47,809 bases of DNA from an uncultured Gemmatimonadota bacterium (GTDB lineage: Bacteria; GCA-2686955), in NCBI GenBank assembly GCA_964490075.1, contig CAZBBK010000043.1, positions 1 through 47,809 on the forward strand, written 5' to 3'. Shown piece after piece: positions 36,047 through 45,076 of the stretch. A model generated the notes under the pieces. That model was not told the origin of the DNA and did not search any database. It saw only the letters and a program-made list of their open reading frames with translations. Position numbers and translations under genes: made by a program. The stretch's first letter is position 1. Each line of letters opens with the position of its first letter.

Positions 36047-37831
36047 TCACCCCTCCCCGATCCAGTTGCGCAGCGCGGCGTTCTGGGCGGCGTCGAGCAG
36101 CGGCTCGAGCCGCTCCAGGCATTGCTGCTGGTAGGCGTTTAGCCAGCTCGCCTCGTCGCTCGTCAGAAGCGCGCGATCGATCAGGTCGGGCGCGAAGGGG
36201 ATCCAGGTCAGACACTCGAGACGCAGCCAGCCCTCGCGCTCTTCGTTCGCGACGATATAGAGGTTCTCGAGGCGCACGCCGCCCCAGCCCTCTTCGTAGT
36301 AGCCCGGCTCGACCGACGTGACCATGCCCTCGCGCAGCGGGTAGATGGCCGAGGGCTTGCGGGCCTCTTCCGCCAGCGCGAAGGGCCCTTCGTGCACGAC
36401 GGTTCCGGCGCCGACGCCGTGGCCTGTGCCGTGCTCGTAGTCGAGTCCTTCACGCCACAGCACGCTGCGCGCGACGGCGTCGAGGGCGGTGCCCGGGGTG
36501 CCGGCCGGGAAGCGTTGCCGCGCCAGGCGCAGGTGGGCCTGCAGCACTCGGGTGTAGATCTCTCGCGCGCGCTCGGTCGCTTCGCCGCCGCAGACGGTGC
36601 GGGTGGCGTCGGTGGTGCCGCCGCCGATGTGGGCGCCGGTGTCGAGCAGGAAGAGGGCGTCGCGCTCCAGCGGGGTGTCGTCGACGGTGCCGTAGTGGGG
36701 CAGGGCGGAGTGGACGCCGGCGGCGGCGATGGTGGCGAAGGAGAGGCCGCGGAACTTCGGCTGGGCGGCGAGGTGGCGGTCGACCCGCGCGGCGATCGCC
36801 GCCTCGGTCAAGGGCGCGCCGGCCGCGGCCTGCTCGCGCAGCCAGAGCAGGGTGGCGGTGATCGCCGCCGAGGCCCGCAGGTTCGCCTGCCGCATCGCTT
36901 CGCGCTCGGCGCTGTTCTTGGCCGCCTTGGTGCGCTCGACCGGCGACTCGGTCAGCACCAGACGCGCTCCGGCGTGGCGCAGGCGGTCGAGCACGCCCGC
37001 CGACACGCGCGCCGGGTCGAGCGCCACGCGCATGCCGCGCAGGCCGCCGAGCAGGCGCCGGAAGTCGTGGTACTCGCGGATGTGGAAGTCGTCCGGCAAT
37101 GCGTCGCCCGGAACGCGCCCGGGGCCGCCGGCCGGAAAGAGGTGCACCTCGTTCGGGCCGACGCAGAGGAAGGAGACGAACACGGTGCTGAAGGGGACGT
37201 CGCCCCAGGCCCGCAGGTTGGTGAGCCAGGCGATCTCGTCGAGCTTCACGGTCACCCAGGCTTCGGCCCCGAGGTGGTCGAGCTCGGCGCGCAGCCGATC
37301 GACCTTGTCGGCGCAGGAGCGTCCCGCCACCGCCACCGGCACGGTGCGCAGCAGCTCCTCGGGCGCCGAGGGGCGGTCGCCCCACAGGGTGTCGACCAGG
37401 TTGGTCTCGACCGCGACCAGCGCTCCGCCGGCCTGGCGCAGCTCCTCCGAAACCGCCTCGGCGGTGGCCGCGGGGACGGTGTAGGGGTCGAAGCCGAGCC
37501 GGAAGCCGCGGCGGTGGCGGGCCAGGTCGGTCACCACCTGGGTCAGCGAGGGGTCGCGCCCGGCGCAGTGCACCTGGATGCCGGCCGGCGCCGCCTCGCG
37601 CGCGGCCTGAAGTCGGTAACGGCCGTCGGTGAAGAGCCAGGCGTCGGCGGCGCCGACGACCAGGTCGCCCGACGAACCGGTGAAGCCCGACACCCAGCGG
37701 CGGCGCTCCGCCCATGGCGGGATGAACTCGCCCAGGTGCTCGTCGCCGGTCGGGATCCAGTAGCCGTGCACCCGCTCGGCGGCGATCAGCGAACGCAGCG
37801 CCTCGATCCGTTCCCCGTGCTTCGATTCCAT
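36047..37831 (-). CDS. Xaa-Pro aminopeptidase (aminopeptidase P, M24B)
   Basis: DEHLGE, SGFTGS.G, TDGRY, LDEIAWL.NLR, DTG...GTTD.TRT, HGTGHGVG, VHEGP, SVEPGYY, GVRLEN. Confidence 0.93.
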   Translation of the reverse strand: MESKHGERIEALRSLIAAERVHGYWIPTGDEHLGEFIPPWAERRRWVSGFTGSSGDLVVGAADAWLFTDGRYRLQAAREAAPAGIQVHCAGRDPSLTQVVTDLARHRRGFRLGFDPYTVPAATAEAVSEELRQAGGALVAVETNLVDTLWGDRPSAPEELLRTVPVAVAGRSCADKVDRLRAELDHLGAEAWVTVKLDEIAWLTNLRAWGDVPFSTVFVSFLCVGPNEVHLFPAGGPGRVPGDALPDDFHIREYHDFRRLLGGLRGMRVALDPARVSAGVLDRLRHAGARLVLTESPVERTKAAKNSAEREAMRQANLRASAAITATLLWLREQAAAGAPLTEAAIAARVDRHLAAQPKFRGLSFATIAAAGVHSALPHYGTVDDTPLERDALFLLDTGAHIGGGTTDATRTVCGGEATERAREIYTRVLQAHLRLARQRFPAGTPGTALDAVARSVLWREGLDYEHGTGHGVGAGTVVHEGPFALAEEARKPSAIYPLREGMVTSVEPGYYEEGWGGVRLENLYIVANEEREGWLRLECLTWIPFAPDLIDRALLTSDEASWLNAYQQQCLERLEPLLDAAQNAALRNWIGEG

Positions 37832-37936
37832 GAGTCGACCCGCGCGCCTCCGTTTGTTCGCAACGCTCCCGCTTCCCGTGCCGTTCCGTGCCGCGCGCTC
37901 GGCGCGGTGGCTCAGGCTATCGGATAGTATCGGCCC

Positions 37937-38713
37937 ATGACAAATCCAGCGCAGCGCAGCGCCGTCGTGACCGGAGCCAGCCGTGGGCTGGGCGCCGGGT
38001 TGGCCCGGACCTTCATCGCCGCCGGGCTGCGGGTGGCTGGATGCGCCCGCGGCCAGGCGAGCGCCGAGGCCCCGCCCGAAGGCCCCGACTTCCTCTACCG
38101 CAGTCTGGACGTGCGCGACGCGGCGGCGGTCGAGGGTTTGCTCGACGAGAGCCTCGAGGCCTTCGGCGGCATCGACCTGTGGGTCAACTGCGCCGGGGTT
38201 CTGGCGCCGATCGCGGCGGCACGCGACATCGACCCCGAGCAGTTTGCCGAGCACATCGCCATCAACGTGAACGGCGTCTTCAACGGCTCCCGCGCCTACC
38301 TGCGCCATCTGGAGCGCGGCGGCAGCGCCGGCACGCTGGTCAACATCAGCTCCGGCGCCGCCCACTCCCCCTATCGCGGCTGGGCCCCCTACTGCGCCGG
38401 CAAGGCCGCCGTCGACCAACTCACCCGCGTGCTGGCCGCCGAGGAGGGCCGCCCCGGCGTGCGCATCTTCGCTCTCGCCCCCGGCATCATCGAAACCGAG
38501 ATGCAGGCGCTGATCCGCGCTCAGCCGGCGCACCGCTTCCCGGAGGTGGAGAAGTTCCGCAAGCTCCACGAAGAGGGCGCCCTCGGCACCCCCGACGCGC
38601 CGGCCCGCGCCATCCTGCGGCTGGCTTTCGATGCGGAGCTGGAGGTCGACGGTCCGGTGCTCGACATCCGTGAGATGGAGGGGTTTGGCAGGCGGCGCGG
38701 CGAGCGCGCGTGA
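37937..38713 (+). CDS. SDR family oxidoreductase (benzil/sepiapterin reductase-like)
   Basis: TGASRGLG, NISSGAA, YCAGK (YxxxK), PGIIET.MQ..IR. Confidence 0.92.
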   Translation: MTNPAQRSAVVTGASRGLGAGLARTFIAAGLRVAGCARGQASAEAPPEGPDFLYRSLDVRDAAAVEGLLDESLEAFGGIDLWVNCAGVLAPIAAARDIDPEQFAEHIAINVNGVFNGSRAYLRHLERGGSAGTLVNISSGAAHSPYRGWAPYCAGKAAVDQLTRVLAAEEGRPGVRIFALAPGIIETEMQALIRAQPAHRFPEVEKFRKLHEEGALGTPDAPARAILRLAFDAELEVDGPVLDIREMEGFGRRRGERA

Positions 38714-38868
38714 GCTTGACATCCTGCGCACCAAGCGGGGTTCAGTTTGACATCGCACGCCGATTTGCCGCCAATTCGAACCCAAACGGCGTCTTCGTGG
38801 GCCGAATGGGGCCCGAAGAGCCGGAAATGTCAAACTGAACCGCGCTCGGTGCGGAGAGTGTCAAGTTC
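38712..38868. repeat. ~42-bp imperfect inverted repeat pair enclosing a ~73-bp spacer (REP/REPIN-like)
   Basis: GAGCTTGACA...GGTTCAGTTTGACAT (38712-38753) versus ATGTCAAACTGAACC...TGTCAAGTTC (38827-38868); inner 15 bp perfect. Confidence 0.7.
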
Positions 38869-39008
38869 GGGCAGGCTGGGCGTGTTGCTCTCACCGCCGG
38901 AGCTTCCCGGGCGCTCCCCCCACCCGCGGATTGCGAAACCACCCGCCCCGCCCGATGCTAGGATTCGCGATTCCCTCCAGTCCGCGAACCCGCCCGGAGC
39001 CGCGACCG

Positions 39009-40304
39009 ATGCCCGAAGCCGCCCCCGTCACCCTGGAAGATCTCAAGTCGTCGACCCCGAACGACTGGCGCGTCGACAAGAGCACCTGCATCGGCTGCCG
39101 GGCCTGCGCCGACCAGTTCGCCGAGGGCTTCGGCTTCGACGACGCCGAAAACCTGGCCTTCGAGACCGGGGCCACGGCGCCCGGCACCTACGACCCCGAC
39201 GAGGTGATCCAGGTCTGCCCCTCCGACTCGATCTTCATCCCCGGCTACGACACCGGCAACCCGGTGGCCCAGGGCGGCAAGTGGCCGGGCAACACCAGCG
39301 ATGGGGAGCCGGAGGCCGAGGCCGGAGCGGACGAGTCGCCCTACGAGGCGATCCTGCGCCCTTCGCAGCAGGCGGAGCCGGAGCCCGAGCCGCTCCCGGA
39401 GCCCGCGGTGCGGACCGCCGGCCAGAAGCTCCTGGTGGCGCTCACGATGCCGATCACCGGCGCCCTGCCGCCGCGCACGCGGCACCAGATCGAGCGCCGG
39501 GTGCAGGACGAGCTCTACTTCAGCGAGCGCCAGGCTGCGGCGATCAACATCGTCGCCAACCTCTTCCTCTACGCGGGCCTTCTGGTGGCGGCGCGGCTCC
39601 TCGGCGGCGACACGATCTACAGCGGCACGCTGAACGGCGCCGCCTTGCTGGGCTTCGCCCTGGGAACGGTCGAAGGGGCTTTCCGTCTGCTCGGCGGGCC
39701 GCTGTGGTATCGCGGGCGCGAGGCGAGCTACGTGCTGGGCGCCTGGTACACGATGCCCCTCGGCATTCTGGCCACGGTGCGCTCGACCCTGGCGCGGCGG
39801 CGGATCGGCGTGGCCCACTCGCCCTTCGCGAAGCACTGGCACGACGGCGGCGCGGTGGCCGAGGGGCGGACGATGGTCAACCTCGAGCTGGAGCGCGACC
39901 GGCAGCGACGCTACGGCAACGTCTACCGGATGATTCAGCGGCCGGGCGGCGCCGAGCTGATCTTCGAGCTGGCGCGCTGGATGCCCGAGCATCCGGCCCG
40001 CGCCGCGCTCGGCATCGACGGCCGGCTGCCCGACTACCAGTGGAGTCTCGAGCAGGACGCCAACACCCTGAGGGTCCACGCCAAGCTCCCCGATGGACCG
40101 CTGCGGACCCTGTCGGGGCAGGTCAACGGTCTGCCGCTCTCGTTCTCCAAGCTGGTGGTCTTCGACCGCGACATCGCCTCGGCCGAAGGCCGCTACGAGG
40201 CCCAGACCCGCACCCTGCGAATCGCGGTGCTGCTGGGCGGCGAGAACGCGCGGGTGGTCGACGACTTCGAGGGGGTGGGCGAGGCGGTGATCCGGGCGGC
40301 GTAG
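39009..40304 (+). CDS. Ferredoxin-domain membrane protein with an uncharacterised C-terminal domain
   Basis: WRVDKSTCIGCRAC...CPSDSI (CxxCxxC...CP), acidic/Pro linker, 2-4 hydrophobic segments, beta-rich C-terminus. Confidence 0.75.
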   Translation: MPEAAPVTLEDLKSSTPNDWRVDKSTCIGCRACADQFAEGFGFDDAENLAFETGATAPGTYDPDEVIQVCPSDSIFIPGYDTGNPVAQGGKWPGNTSDGEPEAEAGADESPYEAILRPSQQAEPEPEPLPEPAVRTAGQKLLVALTMPITGALPPRTRHQIERRVQDELYFSERQAAAINIVANLFLYAGLLVAARLLGGDTIYSGTLNGAALLGFALGTVEGAFRLLGGPLWYRGREASYVLGAWYTMPLGILATVRSTLARRRIGVAHSPFAKHWHDGGAVAEGRTMVNLELERDRQRRYGNVYRMIQRPGGAELIFELARWMPEHPARAALGIDGRLPDYQWSLEQDANTLRVHAKLPDGPLRTLSGQVNGLPLSFSKLVVFDRDIASAEGRYEAQTRTLRIAVLLGGENARVVDDFEGVGEAVIRAA

Positions 40305-41156
40305 GTGGACCCTTCCAGCGTCGGCGACCGCGCCTGGCGCAGCCGGGTCGAGGCCGGACGCCGCGATCTCGACCTGGGCGGGAGGCCGCTGCACCTGATC
40401 GACCTGGGCGAGGGACCGCCCGTGCTGGCGATCCACGGCTTCGCCGATTCCTGCTACACCTGGCACCGCAACGACCGGGCCCTGCGCGAGGCGGGGCTGC
40501 GCACGGTGCTGGTCGACCAGCCGGGTCTGGGACGCTCCGCGCCGACCGGCCGCGGCTTCGGCATCGAAGGCCAGGCCCGGGCGATCCTGGCCGCCGCGGA
40601 CGCCCTGGGATTGGAGCGCTTCCATCTCCTGGGACACTCCATGGGGGGCGCCATCGCGCTCTTCCTGGCGCTGCGCCACGGCGATCGGGTGGGTCGGGTC
40701 GCCGCGCTCGCGCCGGCCTGCTACCCGCCGCGACGCCGCCTTCCTCTGAGCTACCCGGGCGCCCCCTGGGCGGCCCGCCGCATCCCGCTCGAGCTCATGA
40801 TCCGCGGCGGCTTGCGCGACGTCTTCGGGGATCGGCGGCTGATCACCGCGGCGTTGGTCGCGGAGTACACGGCGGCGGCCCGGCGGCCCGACTTCGTGGC
40901 GACCCTGACCGGCCTGTCGCGCGAGTTCTTTTCGCCCGCTTTCGAGAGGATGTGCGCCTCCTACGAGTCGATCCCGCGGCCGCTCTCGATCGTCTGGGGC
41001 GAAGCCGACCGCTGGCTCCCGGCCTGGTACGGCGAGCGGCTGTGCTCCCAGGTGCCGGGCGCGCGGCTGCGCGTGCTCCCGGCCGGGCACATGGTGCACC
41101 AGGAGCGGGCCGACGAGGTCAACGGGGAGCTGGGGCGCTTCTTCGCGGGGGAGTAG
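40305..41156 (+). CDS. Alpha/beta hydrolase
   Basis: IHGF, DQPGLG.S, GHSMGG, WGEAD, GHMVHQE. Confidence 0.92.
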   Translation: MDPSSVGDRAWRSRVEAGRRDLDLGGRPLHLIDLGEGPPVLAIHGFADSCYTWHRNDRALREAGLRTVLVDQPGLGRSAPTGRGFGIEGQARAILAAADALGLERFHLLGHSMGGAIALFLALRHGDRVGRVAALAPACYPPRRRLPLSYPGAPWAARRIPLELMIRGGLRDVFGDRRLITAALVAEYTAAARRPDFVATLTGLSREFFSPAFERMCASYESIPRPLSIVWGEADRWLPAWYGERLCSQVPGARLRVLPAGHMVHQERADEVNGELGRFFAGE

Positions 41157-41227
41157 GGCAAAGCGCGACGGGCTTATCATGGAGTTGAGCAGAGGATCGG
41201 GGGGTGGTCGAGGAGAAAGCGAGCTCC

Positions 41228-44200
41228 ATGCCAACAACGAGTCAGCAGCCAGATCCTCCCCGCATGCGCACGCACCGATTGCGCTCGGCCGCCTTCCTGA
41301 GCGCGATGATGGTCGTGGGATCGGTGTCCAGCGCCGCGGCCGACCCAGCCATCGGCTTCAACTGCGGCGACAATCGGCGCGTCACGGCCGACGACGGCAG
41401 CGTCTACCAGAAAGACCGTGACTACAGCCAGAGCAATGGCTCCGGACGCATCGGGGGACGCTCGGAGCACCCGGGATTCCTCGACGACGACTCCGACCTG
41501 GGCGGCATCGTACCCGGCGTGCAGAAGAACCGGCTGATCGCCTCGCGCGCGATCAACTGGCAGGAGTATCGCTTCGACCTGTCAACGGGCAGCTACCTGC
41601 TCTCGATGCACTTCATGGAGAACTTCCACTGGCGGGGTTTGCGCGCTTTCTCCATCGTCGCCGAAGGCGACACCATTCTCCGAGACCTGGACATCTTCGA
41701 CCGTGTCGATCGCCGCTACGCGCTGAATCTGCGTCGCCTCGTCGACGTCGCCGACGGCCAGCTGAACGTCGTCGCCCTGCCCGGAATCGACCAGCCGGTG
41801 ATCCAGGGGATTCACGTCGAACGCCTCGACCCCGACGGCGATCCTCCGCCGGTGCCGACCGCCATTCAGCTGCTGCCCGGCTACCGCGACATCTCGATCT
41901 TCTGGGACCCCAACTACCAGCGCGACCAGCTCGGCGTGGAGATCTGGCGCACCGACCTCACGGCCGGCGGTGAGGAGATCCTGGTCAGCGCCGAGCCGGT
42001 GGTGGCCCTCCGCTTCACCGACCGCGACCTCGACCCCGATCACGACTACTCCTACCGGCTGACCGCGCTGGACGCCTGGGGCAACCGCAGCCTGCCTTCG
42101 AGCGCCGCCGAAGCCAGCCCCTTGGCCCCCGGCGACACTCCGCTCACCTTTCACGCCTTCTGGATGGACGACGAAGACCTGGTAGATCTCTTCACGCGTC
42201 GCGCGTCCAACGACTATCGGCCCGCCACCTACTTCCACCAGGGCGAGCTCTGGGACGACGCCGGAATCCGGCTGCGCGGCAACACCACCCGCGGGCTGAC
42301 CAAGAAGAACTACAAGGTGCGTTTCGAGCCCGACAACCCGCTCCCCGACGGCCGTGTCAAGCTGAACCTCCAGTCCGAGGGCGCGATGCGGTCGCCGCTG
42401 CGCGAGCAGATCGGCTTCGAGACCTTTCACACGGCGGGCGCCATGGCGTCGCGGGCCGACTACATACATCTTTCTCGCAACGATCGCTTCATCGGTGTCT
42501 ACGTCGACATCGAGCAGGTGGACGAGCGCCTACTGGCGAATCGCGCGCTGCAGGGCACGGTCTTCCGCGCCTCGAGCGATGTGTTCGCGGGAAACCTCAC
42601 CACCAAGCCCACGCTCCGAGGCTACTACTCCACCTACACGCTGGAGAGCGGCGACTATCGCGACTACGTCTACCTGGACGACCTGATTCGCACCATCAAC
42701 GACACACCGGACGACGAGTTCGTCACGGCGATCGCCGAGCGCCTCGACATCGGGAACTTCCTGCGCTGGTACTCGACCCAGGCGATCATCTCCGGCATCG
42801 ACCAGGTGATTCACAACTACTTCTTGCTGCGCGACGACGCCAACGGTCTGTTCTACTTCCTCCCTTGGGACGTTCAAGACGGCTGGGACGATCTGAGCAT
42901 GCCGATCGACTACGGCACGGAGAAACACCGTTACTTCCTGTTCTTCTGGAACCGGCTCTACGATCGCTTGATGAACTCGGCTCCCTACCGGCGCATGTAC
43001 GCGGTTCAGCTCGAGCGCCTGGTCGACGAGCTGATGGCGTCGGGATCTCTCGCGGACCGTATCGACGGCGATCACCAGTTCCTGACTCCGGAGGTGCGGC
43101 GCGATTTCTTCAAGCGCGGCTGGGAAGACATGAGCCTCTTCGACCGCGACCGCGACGATATGCTCGACTTCGTGGAGCGTCGCGAGACCAGAGTTCGCAA
43201 TCAGCTCGAGTCCTTCGCTCCTGATCCCACCGTCAACCTGTTCCTGAACGAGGTGGTGCGCTGGAATGTGGCGGGCCCGCGGGATGAGTGGGGCGATGCG
43301 GAGCCCTGGCTCGAGATACACAATTTCGGCAATGAGACGATCGACCTGGCCGGGCTGGTGCTCGGTGCGCTGCCCGAGAGCGCCGGCGACGATCGCCCCG
43401 AGGCGCGGCTCTGGCGCTCGGATGCGCCTCTGTGGCGGCTGCCGGCCGGGCACTCGATCGAGCCGGGTGGCCACCTCCTGCTCTGGCTGGACGGCGAGCC
43501 GCAGGAAGGGCCGCTGCACGCCTCTGTGCGAATCGATCCGACCACGCGCTGGATCGCGCTGCTCTCCGAGCCCTGGGGCCGGATGGTGGACCTGATCGAG
43601 CTGGACTCGCCGGCGCTGCCGGACGTCTCGATCGCGCGCATTCCCGACGCGGGCGCGTTCCTGCAGCCGGTGGCCCCGGCGTCGCCCGGCGGCTCGAACG
43701 AAGGCGGCCTGCCGATCGCCGCCGTCGTCCTCGAGGGACCCTCCGATCACCTGGCGGGCGACTCGCTCTCGATCACGATCACCGTGCGCAACGACGCGCC
43801 CGCGGCGCTCTCGGGCCAGCTGACTCTGCTGGGCCGACTTCACGACCAGCAGCTGGCGCCGCCCGCCATCCCGATCGAGCTGGTCGCGGGCGAAGAGCTG
43901 GTTCAGGCGGCGGCCTATCCCCTGCCCGCCCTGCTGGAGCCGGGCACGGCCATCGTCGACGCCGAGCTGGCGCTGCTCTCGGGGGCGCTGCTCGACCGTG
44001 ATCGGCTCGCGATCCGGATCTGGGACCCGCGCCCGGTGCCGATCGTCGTCAACGAGATCATGGCGGCCAACGACACCACGATCTTCGACGAGGCGGACCA
44101 GGCCGACGACTGGATCGAGCTGCTGAATGTCGGCGACCACACGGTCGACCTGCACGGTCTCTATCTCTCCGACGACGCCAGCGACCCGACCAAGTGGGGT

Positions 44201-44467
44201 TTCGCCGACGTGGCCATCGCACCCGGCCAGCATCTGATCGTCTGGTGCGACGACGACGCCGAGCAGAGCCCGAGGCACGCCAGCTTCAAGCTCTCGCGAA
44301 GCGGCGAGGAGATCGGCCTCTACGACCTCGACCTGCGCGGCAACGCCCCGATCGACCGCGTGGTCTTCCCCCCGCTCGGCGACGACATCGCCTACGGTCG
44401 CTCCCCCGACGGCAGCCCGACCCTGCAGGTCCTTCCTTTCGCGACTCCCGGCGCGGCGAATCCCTGA
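41228..44467 (+). CDS. Secreted CotH kinase family protein with malectin-like, FN3, Ig-like and two lamin-tail domains (start uncertain)
   Basis: Signal peptide; RLRGNTTR, KKNYKVRF, GVYVDIEQVD, HNYFL, PWD; NEIMAAN...DWIELLN...FKLS..GE.IGL...YGR.PDG...TPG..N. Confidence 0.88.
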   Translation: MPTTSQQPDPPRMRTHRLRSAAFLSAMMVVGSVSSAAADPAIGFNCGDNRRVTADDGSVYQKDRDYSQSNGSGRIGGRSEHPGFLDDDSDLGGIVPGVQKNRLIASRAINWQEYRFDLSTGSYLLSMHFMENFHWRGLRAFSIVAEGDTILRDLDIFDRVDRRYALNLRRLVDVADGQLNVVALPGIDQPVIQGIHVERLDPDGDPPPVPTAIQLLPGYRDISIFWDPNYQRDQLGVEIWRTDLTAGGEEILVSAEPVVALRFTDRDLDPDHDYSYRLTALDAWGNRSLPSSAAEASPLAPGDTPLTFHAFWMDDEDLVDLFTRRASNDYRPATYFHQGELWDDAGIRLRGNTTRGLTKKNYKVRFEPDNPLPDGRVKLNLQSEGAMRSPLREQIGFETFHTAGAMASRADYIHLSRNDRFIGVYVDIEQVDERLLANRALQGTVFRASSDVFAGNLTTKPTLRGYYSTYTLESGDYRDYVYLDDLIRTINDTPDDEFVTAIAERLDIGNFLRWYSTQAIISGIDQVIHNYFLLRDDANGLFYFLPWDVQDGWDDLSMPIDYGTEKHRYFLFFWNRLYDRLMNSAPYRRMYAVQLERLVDELMASGSLADRIDGDHQFLTPEVRRDFFKRGWEDMSLFDRDRDDMLDFVERRETRVRNQLESFAPDPTVNLFLNEVVRWNVAGPRDEWGDAEPWLEIHNFGNETIDLAGLVLGALPESAGDDRPEARLWRSDAPLWRLPAGHSIEPGGHLLLWLDGEPQEGPLHASVRIDPTTRWIALLSEPWGRMVDLIELDSPALPDVSIARIPDAGAFLQPVAPASPGGSNEGGLPIAAVVLEGPSDHLAGDSLSITITVRNDAPAALSGQLTLLGRLHDQQLAPPAIPIELVAGEELVQAAAYPLPALLEPGTAIVDAELALLSGALLDRDRLAIRIWDPRPVPIVVNEIMAANDTTIFDEADQADDWIELLNVGDHTVDLHGLYLSDDASDPTKWGFADVAIAPGQHLIVWCDDDAEQSPRHASFKLSRSGEEIGLYDLDLRGNAPIDRVVFPPLGDDIAYGRSPDGSPTLQVLPFATPGAANP

Positions 44468-44545
44468 GCAGCCCCCGGCACCAACCACGGCGCCGCTCCG
44501 GCCGCATTGACCCGACCGCCCCCGAAAAGGTATCCATAGACTGAA

Positions 44546-44929
44546 ATGGTGCAGCAGCTTCACAGGGTTCCCGACCGGATCCGGCGCACGGCGTGGATCC
44601 TGCTCGCCGGCCTGCTCTTCGGACTGGCCGGCGGCGCCGACGCGGAGTGCGGCGGCGGCTGTCCCTGTGAGGAGGTCGCTGAGGCAGAGGCCCCCGCCCA
44701 CCACGACCACGAGGGCGGCCCGTGTCCGGAGGATCGCTCCGAGGAGCCGTGCCCGTCGGGCTGTGACGAGTGCACCTGCTGTCCAGGCGCCGCGATCGCA
44801 CTGGGGCCGAGCGCCGCTCCATGCCCAGAGCCGCCTTCTGGGAGCGAAGTGGCGAGCGCGCCCACCGAGCGCCCCGCCACCAGGACCTTTGGGGGGATCT
44901 TCAGACCCCCCGAACACTCCCTCGTCTGA
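44546..44929 (+). CDS. Small Cys/His-rich exported protein preceding a metal efflux operon (CzcI/DUF2946-like)
   Basis: Hydrophobic N-terminus, HHDH, CPSGCDECTCC, C-terminal IFRPP. Confidence 0.6.
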   Translation: MVQQLHRVPDRIRRTAWILLAGLLFGLAGGADAECGGGCPCEEVAEAEAPAHHDHEGGPCPEDRSEEPCPSGCDECTCCPGAAIALGPSAAPCPEPPSGSEVASAPTERPATRTFGGIFRPPEHSLV

Positions 44930-45076
44930 GACGACAGCCGCCACTCAGACCAGCATCGGCATCCGCTTGAGCAGGACAAGACCGGCGCCAAGCCGCCCTT
45001 CTCGAAGAGGGTGCCTGACGAGGGAGAGCGACGCGCGACTCGAGGGAGCTCGTGCGCGCTCCGCGAGGAGATTGAG

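Noticed and set aside
36047-38833. Apparent 928-aa aminopeptidase P
   Set aside because: Homology starts at ATG 37831; the extension is antisense to the SDR gene
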